Positions 30,540 through 41,802 are shown, numbered from the stretch's first letter. The stretch is DNA of 64,000 nucleotides from Synechococcus sp. (GCA_047285535.1 JBJBDC010000001.1:1664136-1728135), one strand, 5' to 3'. Numbers and translations: made by a program. Notes: generated from the letters alone by a model not told the origin.

Positions 30540-31218
30540 CGGCTTGGCCATATCCCAAGCCACGGAACTGGCGATGGACCTCTTCCATTTGTGATGCCGA
30601 CAACAGCGGAGGCTCCCCGAGCTGCAGAGCTTGCAAATACATCTGTGCCAGGGTCTCCACCTCAACGGCGATCTTCAGAGCCTGATCAAGATCCCGTCCT
30701 AAACTGACCAGACCATGGTGAGCCAGCAAACAGGCCTGCCGGTCTTTCAGTGCCTGCACCGTATGGGCTGACAACTCAGCGGTGCCGAAGGTGGCATAGG
30801 GTGCACAGCGAATGTCATCACCACCAGCCACCGCTGTCATGTAGTGGAACGGTGGAATCCCCCGGTCATGGCAGGCCAGCGCGGTTGCATGGATGGGATG
30901 GCAATGCAATACCGCCATCGCATCGGGGCGATCAGCGAAGACATCGGCATGCAAGCGCCACTCTGAAGAGGGTCTGCGGTCATGGCCAGGGAGTTCGGTG
31001 GGCAGAGGTTGGCCGCAACAATCGATCACCACCAGATCCTCCGGCTCCATCTGGTCATAGGCCAAGGAGCTGGGGGTCACCAACAATCCCCCCTCAATCC
31101 GCAACGACAGGTTGCCGGACGTGCCCTGATTCAAGCCAGTGCTGTTCATGGCACGGGCCACCTCCACGAGCTCGCGGCGCAAGGCCCGATCGTTCATCGC
31201 AACTCCTAAATCAGCCAC
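30529..31218 (-). CDS. Class II aldolase/adducin family protein (fuculose-phosphate-aldolase-like)
   Basis: GTSGNLS, PSSEWRLH, HCHP, LLAHHG. Confidence 0.88.
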   Translation of the reverse strand: MADLGVAMNDRALRRELVEVARAMNSTGLNQGTSGNLSLRIEGGLLVTPSSLAYDQMEPEDLVVIDCCGQPLPTELPGHDRRPSSEWRLHADVFADRPDAMAVLHCHPIHATALACHDRGIPPFHYMTAVAGGDDIRCAPYATFGTAELSAHTVQALKDRQACLLAHHGLVSLGRDLDQALKIAVEVETLAQMYLQALQLGEPPLLSASQMEEVHRQFRGLGYGQAANN

Positions 31219-32323
31219 GGTTGTAGAGCTCCTTCAGGCCAACTTCGCTGGCCGTCACCACACCAAGATCGGTGATCAGAGCCGTGACAAGCCGCGCCGG
31301 GGTGACGTCGAACGCCGGGTTAAAGCCGGCACAACCATCAGGCGTGAGCTGCACACTCACAATTTCACCTGCCGACTCCCCAGCAGTCATACGCCCCTGG
31401 ATGGAAGTCACTTCCTCAGCAGAACGCGCCTCAATCGGGATCTCTGCCACGCCATCCGCAAGGCGCCAATCGATGGTGGACGTCGGCAGGGCGACATAAA
31501 AAGGCACGTTGTTGTCATGGGCCGCCAGAGCCTTGAGATAGGTGCCAACTTTGTTGCAGACATCACCGCAGCGCGTGGTGCGATCCGTGCCAACGATCAC
31601 AGCATCCACCTGGCCATGCTGCATCAGGTGACCACCTGCGTTGTCCACAATCACGGTGTGAGGAACCCCCTCACGGGCCAACTCATAGGCCGTGAGCGAT
31701 GCCCCTTGATTGCGCGGCCTGGTCTCATCCACCCAAACATGAATGTTCAGCCCTGCTCGATGGGCTTTATAGATCGGTGCCAACGCCGTTCCCCAGTCAA
31801 CAGTTGCTAACCAGCCGGCATTGCAATGGGTAAGCACCTGAAAGGGCTCGTTTTGGCGTGCACTCGGTCGCTGCTCGGCCAACCTCCGAAACAGATCGAG
31901 GCCATGCTCCCCAATCGCCTCGCACATCGCCACATCTTCATCAGCAATCAGCGCCGCCTCCCGCCGAGCCGCAGCCGCTCGCTCCGCTTCCGGCAACGGT
32001 TGCACTAAATCTCGAACCCGTTCCAAAGCCCATAGCAGGTTCACAGCTGTGGGTCGACTGGCATTGAGCTGATCAAAGGCTTGGCTCAATCCAGCATCGC
32101 TGGCGTCGTCTTGAAGAGCAAGCATCAAGCCATAGGCGCCGGTCACACCGATTAATGGCGCACCCCGCACCACCATGGTGCTGATCGCATCTGCCGCCTG
32201 GTCACAACGCGTCAGCGTTCGAGTGATCAAACGATGGGGCAGAAGGGTTTGATCGATCACACCCACGGAGCGCTGATCGGATTCAAGCCAAATCGTCCGC
32301 CAGGCCTGGCCATCAATGTTCAT
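31211..32323 (-). CDS. mtnA: Methylthioribose-1-phosphate isomerase
   Basis: MVVRGAPLIG, RPTAVNL, LTHCNAGWLA, DETRP, NPAFDVTP. Confidence 0.93.
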   Translation of the reverse strand: MNIDGQAWRTIWLESDQRSVGVIDQTLLPHRLITRTLTRCDQAADAISTMVVRGAPLIGVTGAYGLMLALQDDASDAGLSQAFDQLNASRPTAVNLLWALERVRDLVQPLPEAERAAAARREAALIADEDVAMCEAIGEHGLDLFRRLAEQRPSARQNEPFQVLTHCNAGWLATVDWGTALAPIYKAHRAGLNIHVWVDETRPRNQGASLTAYELAREGVPHTVIVDNAGGHLMQHGQVDAVIVGTDRTTRCGDVCNKVGTYLKALAAHDNNVPFYVALPTSTIDWRLADGVAEIPIEARSAEEVTSIQGRMTAGESAGEIVSVQLTPDGCAGFNPAFDVTPARLVTALITDLGVVTASEVGLKELYNRG

Positions 32324-32439
32324 GGTCGAATCAACGGCAAGCGCCGAATGGCTTCTTTCATTCTCTGATGCGCACGATCCTGGAAGTTAATCGGCCAAAT
32401 CGCGCCAGCGCTCACAGTTGTAGAGGTCACATCGGCTGC

Positions 32440-32991
32440 TCAAATCGGTCGATATCCAAACCAGTCAGGCACCTGATTCTGACTTTGACCATTCAGCTGG
32501 CGATGGAGGTGCACGTAAACACTGTTGTTCCCTGTCAACGACAACTGTTCAATCGCCACGCAATCATCCACAGCACTGAGATCGTCCTTGTGCTGCTCAA
32601 GCGCATCCAGCAACCAACGCGTCTTGGCTGCTGATTTAGCGGCTTGCCGCGAAGGAGCTACCACGAGTCCAAAGCGATGCAATTCCGCAAGCGAGTCGGG
32701 CTGGTAGCCCCCGAGGTTGACGAACCACAATCTCTGTTCATTGGAAGCAGGCTCCAGCTCAAGGGTGACGCGCCAGCCGTCGATGCAATGCACGGTCATG
32801 TAGCTATCGAGATGCAACCCTCGACGGCGACCAAACCACTGACGACGAAGCTCGGGATAGGTGTCCTCGATGCAGTGACCCACCACAAAACGCACATCGT
32901 GAAGCTCGATCAAACTTCGATCCGTTCGACCTCCGAGCACCACCAAAAACAGGGTTGGAAGTTCCAAACGCGAGGGGTGGGAAGGGCTCAT
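32440..32991 (-). CDS. DUF1543 domain protein
   Basis: LFLVVLGG..IELHDVRFV..LHLDS; LWFVNLGGY..HKDD. Confidence 0.8.
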   Translation of the reverse strand: MSPSHPSRLELPTLFLVVLGGRTDRSLIELHDVRFVVGHCIEDTYPELRRQWFGRRRGLHLDSYMTVHCIDGWRVTLELEPASNEQRLWFVNLGGYQPDSLAELHRFGLVVAPSRQAAKSAAKTRWLLDALEQHKDDLSAVDDCVAIEQLSLTGNNSVYVHLHRQLNGQSQNQVPDWFGYRPI

Positions 32992-33004
32992 TCAAGGTGC
33001 CATC

Positions 33005-33730
33005 GTGTGGACCAGATGTGAACCATGCGTGGATCTATTTGAAAGGCAATGGGCCACATACCGAATCCTGGTTGAACGCAACCTGATGGAACATGGTGAA
33101 ATCAGTGAGGCCACAAGCGCTGGGATCCATCAATGGCTGGCCCAACGAGAGGACCAGACTCAAACCGTTGCCATGGTTGATCTGGGCTGTGGAGACCTCG
33201 GGCAGCTAGCGCCCCTGCTCCGCACCCTTCCACTCAAAAAGTACGTCGGTTTAGACCTGACAACAGAAGTTCTACCGCTCGCTCAACGCAATCTGGGATC
33301 CGTTCCCTACCCCTGTTTCTGGGAACAGGGCGATCTCCTGAACTGGGCCTGTTCCAGGCCAAACAATCGTGTTGACCTCATCCATTCATCCTTCGCCATA
33401 CACCATCTCCATCAAGACCAAAAGCTGCTGTTTCTAGAGGGTGCAAGGAAGCACATTGAGACCAATGGACTGTTCATCTGGGCGGACGTCTTCCGTCCCA
33501 ATCAAGAATCACGATTGGACTACCTCAAAAGATATTGCAAACGAATCAACCAATGGCCTGGCCTCTCTCAGACCCAACGAAACTCCATCTCCCAACACAT
33601 CCAAACCCATGACTTTCCCCCCAACCGTGATTGGCTCGAGCAGCAAGCGAGAGCCCATGGCTGGTCATTCCGCTGGGCTTGGATCGGTCAACACAATGCT
33701 GAGGCTGTAGCCCTGCTTCAACCCATTTAG
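33005..33730 (+). CDS. Class I SAM-dependent methyltransferase
   Basis: VDLGCGD, SSFAIHHL. Confidence 0.8.
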   Translation: MWTRCEPCVDLFERQWATYRILVERNLMEHGEISEATSAGIHQWLAQREDQTQTVAMVDLGCGDLGQLAPLLRTLPLKKYVGLDLTTEVLPLAQRNLGSVPYPCFWEQGDLLNWACSRPNNRVDLIHSSFAIHHLHQDQKLLFLEGARKHIETNGLFIWADVFRPNQESRLDYLKRYCKRINQWPGLSQTQRNSISQHIQTHDFPPNRDWLEQQARAHGWSFRWAWIGQHNAEAVALLQPI

Positions 33731-33737
33731 AGAATCG

Positions 33738-35006
33738 CTAGCCGTTTTCACGGAAAAACTCGATCACACTCACCAGCTCATCAGCAAAGCGATCGATTTC
33801 AGCATGGGTCGTACAAAAACTGAGGCTCGCACGCGCTGAGCCTGTGACTCCGTACAAGCGATGCAGCGGTTGGCAGCAATGGTGACCACTGCGAATACAG
33901 ACACCGGCCAGATCTAGCATCGCCGCGATGTCATTGGCATGAACACCCTCCACCACAAACGTGGCAAGGGCTCCTCGGCCAGGCTGCTGCTCTGGCGTCG
34001 GACCAAGAATGCGCAGGCCGTTAATCGATTGAAGCCGACTAAACAAATGGCTGGTGAGCTCCGCCTCCCACGCCTGAATCGCATCGAGTCCCAGCGTTTG
34101 CAAGTAAGTGATAGCAGCGCCCATACCGATCGCCTCACCAATGGCTGGTGTGCCCGCTTCAAACTTGTAGGGAAGTTCCGCCCAGGTGCTGTGATCCAAG
34201 AACACCTCCTGGATCATCTCTCCACCACCGAGAAAGGGTGGCATGCCCATCAAGGTTTCTTCCGAAGCCCAGAGAAAACCCATGCCAGTCGGGCCACACA
34301 ACTTGTGAGACGAGCCCACAAGGAAATCGGCCCCGAGGCTCTGCACTGCAATGGATTTATGAGCCAAACTTTGACAAGCGTCCACCAAAACCTTGGCCCC
34401 TACAGCATGAGCCAGGGTTGCAATCTCTTCGATCGGGTTGCAGCAGCCCAGGGTGTTGCTGATGTGGACCAAGCTCAACAAGCGCGTCCTTTCGGTGAGC
34501 TGATCCCGCAAGTCCGCCAGATCTAGTGTGCCGTCAGGGGTCACACCCACATGCCGAAGCACGCAACCGGTCCGTTCAGCGAGCAATTGCCAAGGCACCA
34601 AGTTGCTGTGGTGCTCCATCACGGTGAGCAGAACCTCATCACCAACCTTCAGCTGGGCATCACCCCAAGTTCGAGCTACAAGATTGATGGCTTCGGTGGC
34701 ATTGCGCGTGAACACAATCTCTTTCGAGCTCGATGCGCCGATCAAGCCAGCGGTGATTGATCGAGCCGCTTCAAACGACTCAGTGGCACGTGCACTGAGC
34801 TGATGGGCACCGCGATGGACATTGGCGTTGTCGGAGCTGTAGTAGTGCTGAATCGCATCGAGCACCACACGCGGCTTCTGACTGGTCGCCGCATGATCCA
34901 GATAGATCAGGGGCTGACCAGAACTTGAAGCCTGATCAAGGATCGGGAAGTCGGCACGCACTCGGTCCGCGAGAGTCACGGTGGAGCCACGGGGAAGTGT
35001 CGTCAT
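33738..35006 (-). CDS. sufS: Cysteine desulfurase SufS
   Basis: YLDHAATSQKP, SSHKLCGP, RSGHHCCQP. Confidence 0.95.
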   Translation of the reverse strand: MTTLPRGSTVTLADRVRADFPILDQASSSGQPLIYLDHAATSQKPRVVLDAIQHYYSSDNANVHRGAHQLSARATESFEAARSITAGLIGASSSKEIVFTRNATEAINLVARTWGDAQLKVGDEVLLTVMEHHSNLVPWQLLAERTGCVLRHVGVTPDGTLDLADLRDQLTERTRLLSLVHISNTLGCCNPIEEIATLAHAVGAKVLVDACQSLAHKSIAVQSLGADFLVGSSHKLCGPTGMGFLWASEETLMGMPPFLGGGEMIQEVFLDHSTWAELPYKFEAGTPAIGEAIGMGAAITYLQTLGLDAIQAWEAELTSHLFSRLQSINGLRILGPTPEQQPGRGALATFVVEGVHANDIAAMLDLAGVCIRSGHHCCQPLHRLYGVTGSARASLSFCTTHAEIDRFADELVSVIEFFRENG

Positions 35007-36232
35007 GCCGCCTCCGCCACCTGCAAGCTACCAGCCAACCAGCGCTGGGATGCATCCAGAGGCAAGCGATCCAGCACTTCTTTGCAGTAACCACGCAGCA
35101 GCAAAGCTGATGCCGAGGACTGAGTAATCCCGCGGCTGCGCAGGTAAAAGAGTTGATCTTCCTGGAGCTGACTCACGGTGGCCCCATGCGTGCAGCGAAC
35201 ATCATCAGCCACGATTTCCAACTCGGGCTTGGCATCAACACGGGCGCGTCCCGAAAGCAACAAGCTCCTGCTCAGCTGGGAGGCATTCGTGCGCTGCGCT
35301 GGCCTTGGCACTTGAATCGCCCCATTGAAGATGCTGTGGGAGCGATCGGCAGCAATCGTTTTTTGCACTTGGTCCAGCGTGCCTTCAGGACCCTCAAAAC
35401 GCACAGCGGTATGGACCGCAAACTGCTCATCAGCAGCGGTGAGGGAAAGGCCATGAACCGAAGCAGAAGCCTGGCCATCCACCTGCACAACCCTCGGCTC
35501 CAGTCGTCCAAATGACCAGCCTTGAGTCACCGACACCAGGGAGTAGTGACTCCTCGTCTCTTGCTCCACGGCGAGATTCGCGAGCAAAGCCTCGCGACCG
35601 TCTCCTAAGGCAAGCAACCCGTGGTTCACTTTCGATTCCTGGCCCAGATGAATTTCTAGGAGATGGCTATGGGCCGCCTGGCTCTTAGCCCTGACAACCT
35701 GGAGAAATTCGAGCTCTGCATTTTCCTCCACAAGCAACAAAACCCTGGTGGGAACCAACAAGGGTTCGGCCGCAACCATCACCAGCTCAAGTGGTGGAAC
35801 TTTGCCGCGGATGCGTAACGCCAGAATCTGCTGACTCACTCCGTGATTGAGCTCTACCGGCCAATCCGAAGAGCAGCCACAACGGGACAAGGTGTGACCA
35901 AGGGCTTGCTGCAACTCTGCGCCCTCAATCACAGAAATCCCTTCCGGTAACAACATCCCCTGAAGTGGATCCTGACTGCCATCAATCACAAGCCTCAGAA
36001 CCTGCTCAGGCACGCTCGGCCAGCTATCGGCACTGGAGCGCTGAACCTTTTGATCAACCACTGACAGCTGAAACAAGGCTTCTAAGCGTGAGAGATCAGT
36101 GAGCCTCCACGACTCCTGTCTCCTGCTGGGAAAACCCTGCTCTGACAGAGCCAATCGTCCTCGGCGCTGTACCGGCTCGAGCATCCCCGCTGGTGCAGGG
36201 AGCTGTGTCAACCAACCCTCGGGCATCGCCAT
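35003..36232 (-). CDS. sufD: Fe-S assembly protein SufD
   Basis: KPELEIVADDVRCTHGAT..LFYLRSRG. Confidence 0.92.
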   Translation of the reverse strand: MAMPEGWLTQLPAPAGMLEPVQRRGRLALSEQGFPSRRQESWRLTDLSRLEALFQLSVVDQKVQRSSADSWPSVPEQVLRLVIDGSQDPLQGMLLPEGISVIEGAELQQALGHTLSRCGCSSDWPVELNHGVSQQILALRIRGKVPPLELVMVAAEPLLVPTRVLLLVEENAELEFLQVVRAKSQAAHSHLLEIHLGQESKVNHGLLALGDGREALLANLAVEQETRSHYSLVSVTQGWSFGRLEPRVVQVDGQASASVHGLSLTAADEQFAVHTAVRFEGPEGTLDQVQKTIAADRSHSIFNGAIQVPRPAQRTNASQLSRSLLLSGRARVDAKPELEIVADDVRCTHGATVSQLQEDQLFYLRSRGITQSSASALLLRGYCKEVLDRLPLDASQRWLAGSLQVAEAA

Positions 36233-36234
36233 CG

Positions 36235-37023
36235 TTAGGCCACCCCCTCGGCCGCGAGCTGCTGATCCACCCAGTCGTAACCAGTTTTTTCCAACTCGAG
36301 AGCCAACTCCCTCCCTCCGGTTCGCAAGATGCGGCCAGCCCCCATCACGTGAACGTAATCCGGCGTGATCTCATCCAAAAGTCTTTGGTAATGGGTGATC
36401 AGCAACGTGCAGTTATCGGGACTCGCCAACTGATTCACGCCTCCAGCCACAATGCGCAAGGCATCGATATCAAGTCCAGAGTCGGTTTCATCGAGGATCG
36501 CGACCACTGGATCCAGAAGGGCCATCTGAAGAATTTCGTTGCGCTTTTTCTCACCACCAGAGAAACCTTCATTCACGCTGCGCTCGAGGAATGCAGGGTC
36601 CATCTGCACCACCTGCAAGCGCTCACGCACATGATCATCGAAATCAAAGGTGTCGAATTCCTCTTGGCCTTGCTTCTCGCGCCTGGCGTTGGTGGAGACC
36701 CGAAGAAACTCGAGATTGCTCACCCCAGGGATCTCAACCGGATATTGAAATCCCAAGAACACTCCAAGGCGTGAGCGCTCTTCAGGCTCCAACTCAAGAA
36801 GGTCTCGACCGAGATAGCGCACAGAACCTTCCGTAACGCGATAGGCGGGATGACCCGCCAACACTTTGGACAACGTGCTTTTACCGCTTCCGTTACGCCC
36901 CATCACGGCATGAATCTCGCCGGCTTTTACTTGCAGGGTCACCCCATTCAGGATCGGCTTGCCCTCTACGGACGCATGCAGATCGTTAATTTCGAGGAGC
37001 GGCTCGGCGTCAGGACGGATCAC
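36235..37023 (-). CDS. sufC: Fe-S assembly ATPase SufC
   Basis: [28 protein letters not shown]. Confidence 0.96.
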   Translation of the reverse strand: MIRPDAEPLLEINDLHASVEGKPILNGVTLQVKAGEIHAVMGRNGSGKSTLSKVLAGHPAYRVTEGSVRYLGRDLLELEPEERSRLGVFLGFQYPVEIPGVSNLEFLRVSTNARREKQGQEEFDTFDFDDHVRERLQVVQMDPAFLERSVNEGFSGGEKKRNEILQMALLDPVVAILDETDSGLDIDALRIVAGGVNQLASPDNCTLLITHYQRLLDEITPDYVHVMGAGRILRTGGRELALELEKTGYDWVDQQLAAEGVA

Positions 37024-37073
37024 GTCAGAAGAAAACGAAGAGAGGAACGGGTATGCAAAGTTTGGCGCTGGGA

Positions 37074-38522
37074 TTAACCCACCGAACCCTCAAGTTTGAG
37101 GGCAAGGAGTTTGTCGGCTTCAGCCGCAAACTCCATCGGAAGTTGATTAAATACATCCCTGCAGAAACCACTCACCATCATCGAAACAGCTTCTTCAAAG
37201 GCAATGCCACGACTTTGCAGATAAAACAATTGATCTTCGGACATGCGACAAGTACTTGCCTCATGTTCGATTGCAGCTTGAGGCTGTTGAGAACGTATAT
37301 ATGGATAGGTATTCGCAGCGGCTTGGTCTCCAATCAACATCGAATCACATTGACTGTAATTGCGAGCACCTTTGGCGTTCGGGCCTACTTGAACAAGACC
37401 TCTGTAGCTATTACTTGAATGGCCAGCGCTGATTCCTTTGCTCACGATGGTGGAACGGGTACGTGGCCCTACGTGCACCATCTTTGTTCCAGTATCAGCT
37501 TGCTGACGATTATTCGTGAGAGCAACGGAATAAAACTCACCAACCGAATCCGCACCCTGCAACACACAACTTGGATATTTCCAGGTAATCGCTGAACCGG
37601 TTTCAACCTGTGTCCAGCTAATGCGACTTCGTGCGCCCCTACATTGACCACGCTTGGTCACAAAATTGTAGATGCCGCCAATACCATTTTCGTCACCTGC
37701 GTACCAATTTTGGACCGTGGAATACTTAATCGAAGCATCGTCCAAAACAACAAGTTCGACGACAGCTGCATGCAGCTGATTGGTATCAAACATCGGAGCC
37801 GTGCAACCCTCCAAATAGCTCACCGAAGCACCTTCTTCAGCAACGATGAGAGTGCGCTCAAATTGCCCTGTATCTCCGGAATTAATCCTGAAATAAGTAG
37901 AGAGCTCCATCGGACACTCCACACCTTTGGGAATGAATACAAAGGATCCATCACTAAAAACAGCAGAGTTCAATGCTGCAAAATAATTGTCATTACTAGG
38001 AACAACCGAGCCAAGATACTTCTCAATCAAGTCAGGGTGATCAACCACAGCCTCGCTAAAAGAACAGAACACAACTCCATGTTCTGCCAGCTTTTCTTTG
38101 TAAGTGGTTGCGATCGAGACACTATCAAAAACAGCATCGACCGCAACATTGCTCAGCCTTTTTTGTTCGCTGAGAGGAATCCCCAACTTTTCAAAAGTGT
38201 CGAGAAGTTTTGGATCAACCTCATCAAGACTTTGCTTTTTTTCTTGCTGCTTGGGTGCAGCGTAATAAACAATATCCTGGTAATCAATTGCTTCATAACC
38301 CAACTGAGCCCAATCAGGTTCTTGCAGCTTGAGCCAATGACGATAAGCTTTGAGTCGAAAATCAAGAAGAAATTCCGGCTCGTTCTTCTTCGAAGAAATC
38401 AGCCTCACCACCTCTTCGCTGAGACCTTTAGCGATTTTATCTGTTTCGATATCAGTGACAAATCCGTACTTGTACGGCTGACTAACAAGATCTCGTGTGG
38501 AGGTGCTGGTCATGGAGGTCAA
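37074..38522 (-). CDS. sufB: Fe-S assembly protein SufB
   Basis: [29 protein letters not shown]. Confidence 0.96.
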   Translation of the reverse strand: MTSMTSTSTRDLVSQPYKYGFVTDIETDKIAKGLSEEVVRLISSKKNEPEFLLDFRLKAYRHWLKLQEPDWAQLGYEAIDYQDIVYYAAPKQQEKKQSLDEVDPKLLDTFEKLGIPLSEQKRLSNVAVDAVFDSVSIATTYKEKLAEHGVVFCSFSEAVVDHPDLIEKYLGSVVPSNDNYFAALNSAVFSDGSFVFIPKGVECPMELSTYFRINSGDTGQFERTLIVAEEGASVSYLEGCTAPMFDTNQLHAAVVELVVLDDASIKYSTVQNWYAGDENGIGGIYNFVTKRGQCRGARSRISWTQVETGSAITWKYPSCVLQGADSVGEFYSVALTNNRQQADTGTKMVHVGPRTRSTIVSKGISAGHSSNSYRGLVQVGPNAKGARNYSQCDSMLIGDQAAANTYPYIRSQQPQAAIEHEASTCRMSEDQLFYLQSRGIAFEEAVSMMVSGFCRDVFNQLPMEFAAEADKLLALKLEGSVG

Positions 38523-38887
38523 CCCGCTGAGGCGTGAATCGTTTCAGTACTGATGGTTTGATCATCACAGCGGAAGGGATTGTCTTCGGTGAGGAACAAC
38601 ATGCAATGGCAATCTTTTCGCTCTCGCATCGGAACACAGGGACAATTCCAAAAGGCCTGAGACACCTCAGCCTTTTTATCTTCGTAATGGCGACAAGGAC
38701 AAAGTGCGCCACCTAGCTCGTCTTTGTGCTTGGCAAGACCCTTCAAGACAACAGCCGTGACTCCAGGATCACTACAAAAGTAGGTACCGGTTCGCTGAGC
38801 GTACGTTTCAGCAAATTTTCGAATGACCTCAAGACTTTCAGCTGTCGGCTCTGTGCTGCCAGCGGAGGCGTCGGACATTGGGCTCAA
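38519..38887 (-). CDS. ftrC: Ferredoxin-thioredoxin reductase catalytic subunit
   Basis: CPCRH, CPC and CHC motifs. Confidence 0.93.
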   Translation of the reverse strand: MSPMSDASAGSTEPTAESLEVIRKFAETYAQRTGTYFCSDPGVTAVVLKGLAKHKDELGGALCPCRHYEDKKAEVSQAFWNCPCVPMRERKDCHCMLFLTEDNPFRCDDQTISTETIHASAG

Positions 38888-38961
38888 GTGGGGAGAGGAA
38901 GGACGTATCCAGAAATTAAGACCGGATCTATCCCGACAAAGGATCAGGCTTAGGCCTAAAT

Positions 38962-38981
38962 ACGAAACAAAAGGGTTTCGT
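38962..38981. promoter_or_regulatory. Palindromic operator, probable SufR site
   Basis: ACGAAAC-N6-GTTTCGT between divergent ftrC-suf and sufR; spacing matches the known CAAC-N6-GTTG SufR site. Confidence 0.5.
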
Positions 38982-39226
38982 TTTAAGAGACTAAAGCACT
39001 GATCGATTGTCCGGAGCCCCGATCATCCTGCAGGGCCATCCAACCCACGCGCAAAGATCGCTCCAACAGCCCCTCATCCAGCCGAAAGCGGCTGGCAGCT
39101 CCCCGGTCGCCACCAGGCATGGCCCACGCAACGCGTATTCAAATGTTCATATGAACAACGCAGTGGCTGGTTTCACCCTCCAATGGAGGCATTCCCGTGG
39201 CATCGTGAGTTCAATGACTCCATCTC

Positions 39227-39868
39227 ATGGGAGCTCAAGCTCAGGCCCCCACCCGCGAAACAACACTCACCCTGCTTCTCAGGCAGGGTGAAACGAGTGC
39301 CGCGCAATTAGCTGAGACTCTTGGCATCTCAGTTCAGGCCATGCGCCGACATCTCCGCAGCCTTGAGGACGATGAGCTCGTTGAGGCCAGCCCTACAACA
39401 GCGGGACCAGGCCGCCCATCCAACCTGTGGCGACTCACTGCAAAGGGGCATCAACATTTTCCTGATGGCAGCGAAAACTTTGCCTTAGGTCTCCTCGAGT
39501 CGATGGCAACAACGTTGTCACCGGAAGTCATGGCCGATCTACTACGCCAACAAGCTCTGGAGAAAGCCACCCAGTACCGCCAACACTTGGGCAATGCACC
39601 CCTTGAACAGCGCGTCAGAGCACTCGTGAATTTGCGTGTCCAAGAGGGTTACGTCAGCGACATCCAACCAGCCCCGAATGGTCAAGGCTGGTGTATCAAT
39701 GAATTTCACTGTTCCGTGCAGCGGATTGCTGAGGTCTATCCAGCTGTCTGTGATCAAGAGCTGCAGCTCATCAGGCACACCTTTCCTGACTGCCTGGTGG
39801 AGCGGGTGCACTGGCGACTCGAATCAGGACATTCCTGTGGCTTCAGAATCGCCCCGAGACAGGACTGA
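39227..39868 (+). CDS. sufR: Fe-S cluster biogenesis transcriptional regulator SufR
   Basis: N-terminal HTH (SVQAMRRHL..GRP), C-terminal Cys ligands, divergent from suf. Confidence 0.92.
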   Translation: MGAQAQAPTRETTLTLLLRQGETSAAQLAETLGISVQAMRRHLRSLEDDELVEASPTTAGPGRPSNLWRLTAKGHQHFPDGSENFALGLLESMATTLSPEVMADLLRQQALEKATQYRQHLGNAPLEQRVRALVNLRVQEGYVSDIQPAPNGQGWCINEFHCSVQRIAEVYPAVCDQELQLIRHTFPDCLVERVHWRLESGHSCGFRIAPRQD

Positions 39869-39871
39869 GGC

Positions 39872-40303
39872 ATGGGTGAACGAACGCTCTTCGGTTCAGG
39901 ACCCTTATCTCGAGCTGACGCAGATCAGATCGAAGCCACATTGCTTCCCAACCTCGATCGCCATCACCTTCGCCTCTTGGCTCACTGCCTACGCAGTTTT
40001 CAAGTGATGGCTGAACCGCGTTCGTCAGGTCCACTTCCCGACCAAAGCTCGATTGAAGAATGGCTCTTACGGCAGCCACAACTCGTCGATGAGCCTCAAT
40101 TCCGGGACCTGCTGCTCAAGCAATTTCTGGCAGCAGCAAAGCAGCTTGAAGGCTTGGCACGAGACCAAGGTCTCTCTCCATTGGAACTGAGCCTTGGGGG
40201 ACTGATTGAGGCCAGCATCACGTCCAGCAAATCAAGGCTGGAGGACGAGCAAACAACTCTCCCCTCCTGCGAACATTGGTCATCGGAGACCTCTCCCTCA
40301 TGA
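39872..40303 (+). CDS. Conserved hypothetical protein
   Basis: 143-aa ORF in operon; LDRHHLRLLAHCL. Confidence 0.7.
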   Translation: MGERTLFGSGPLSRADADQIEATLLPNLDRHHLRLLAHCLRSFQVMAEPRSSGPLPDQSSIEEWLLRQPQLVDEPQFRDLLLKQFLAAAKQLEGLARDQGLSPLELSLGGLIEASITSSKSRLEDEQTTLPSCEHWSSETSPS

Positions 40304-40911
40304 GCTCGGCCATTCCAGACGCGGTCCATTTCTTCCAACAGAGCTGTGGACGCTGGCGATCACACCGCAGTGTTCATCACCTGTTGCACCGACGAGCCGA
40401 AGCCGGTGGATCCCTCATCGTGGTGGAAGATCTGGATCCAAACGACCCAAGGCTGAAAACCCTTGCAGAACAACACGGCAAAGCATCAAACACGATTGCC
40501 GGAGGTAGTTATGTGCGCTGGAGCGCCTCGATGGCATGGGATCAAAATGAAGATGCCCATGATGGAGAAACGGTATTTGGTTTGATCCCGGATCGCACAG
40601 ACGGACGCAGCGGCACACTCCTACGCGATTTGGGATACGCCGAAAAAGCACCCGCCACCTCCACATTCAAGATGGATGAACAGGACGCTCTGATCCTCTG
40701 CACCAGCTATGAAACCATGACCGTATGGGAACGATTCTGGTTCACAAGTCCAAACGTGAGATTACGTTCCAGCACGGTTGAAGGACTTTCGAACAACGCC
40801 TCCTTCTGCATGGAAACTCGCTTGAGCGATGGCGAAGATGACCCAAGTCAGCTCTCAACACCTGGCACCACAAAGCCGACAGAACCCCTGATGGCCCCAT
40901 TTGGCTGGTGA
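40300..40911 (+). CDS. Phycobiliprotein lyase, CpcS/CpeS family
   Basis: FFQQSCGRWRSHR, LLRDLGYAE, ERFWF..NVRLRSS. Confidence 0.88.
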   Translation: MSSAIPDAVHFFQQSCGRWRSHRSVHHLLHRRAEAGGSLIVVEDLDPNDPRLKTLAEQHGKASNTIAGGSYVRWSASMAWDQNEDAHDGETVFGLIPDRTDGRSGTLLRDLGYAEKAPATSTFKMDEQDALILCTSYETMTVWERFWFTSPNVRLRSSTVEGLSNNASFCMETRLSDGEDDPSQLSTPGTTKPTEPLMAPFGW

Positions 40912-41014
40912 GACTAAGGAGCTCAACTATTACGGACTGTGAGTGCTGGCCTCCGAGCAAGGGGCTCAACGAACTGGTCTTCTACGATCGCGAACGAAGA
41001 ATGCTGAAGTTTGC

Positions 41015-41779
41015 GTGGCCATTCCTCTATTGCAGTACGCACCGATCACCCAAAACGCAAGGGTGGCAGCACTGCGTGTCGCATCCGATGAGGTGCCCCG
41101 TTCGAATTCCATGGATATCGCCATGGATGCTGACAACCTGAGCACCGTCATTGAAAGTGCTTACAGGCAGATTTACTTCCATGCCTTCGAGTCAGATCGG
41201 GACGTCAACCTTGAGTCCCAGCTGCGTGATGGTCAGATCACTGTTCGAGATTTCGTTCGTGGGCTTTGCCTTTCCGACACGTTCAAGCGAAGCTTCTATG
41301 GGATGAACAGCAACTACAAGGTGGTCCGTCACCTTGTCGAAAAGCTGTTGGGTCGTAAAACCAGTGGCAAATCAGAGGAGATCTCTTGGTCGATTCTGAT
41401 CGCCACCAAAGGGATCGAGGGCATGGTGGACGCCTTACTGGATAGCCAGGAATACCTTGACAACTTTGGTTACGACTCGGTCCCGTTTCAGCGCAACAGG
41501 GTGATTCCCGGCAAGGAACTGGGAGATACCCCCTTCAACATCACCAGCCCACGATACGACGAGTACTACCGAGGAATTCTTGGCTTTCCTCAGTTTGTCT
41601 ATACAAACGCGCTCAAAGCCAAAACCATTCCTGCCCGAGCCAAAATCAAGCGCGGCGGTTTCCCCGAGGATTATCTCCCCTGGGTTGGTGGTCTGGCCAA
41701 TACAAGTGGGATCAATCCCAAAGGAAGTGTGGATATTGATTACCTCTCCAAGGTTCCCTATCGCAGCATCGGTCGCTGA
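41015..41779 (+). CDS. cpcG: Phycobilisome rod-core linker
   Basis: AIPLLQYAPITQNARV, AYRQIYFHAF, LESQLRDGQITVRDF; GTG start at 41015. Confidence 0.92.
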   Translation: MAIPLLQYAPITQNARVAALRVASDEVPRSNSMDIAMDADNLSTVIESAYRQIYFHAFESDRDVNLESQLRDGQITVRDFVRGLCLSDTFKRSFYGMNSNYKVVRHLVEKLLGRKTSGKSEEISWSILIATKGIEGMVDALLDSQEYLDNFGYDSVPFQRNRVIPGKELGDTPFNITSPRYDEYYRGILGFPQFVYTNALKAKTIPARAKIKRGGFPEDYLPWVGGLANTSGINPKGSVDIDYLSKVPYRSIGR

Positions 41780-41802
41780 ATTCCAGGAGAAATTCAACAC
41801 GC

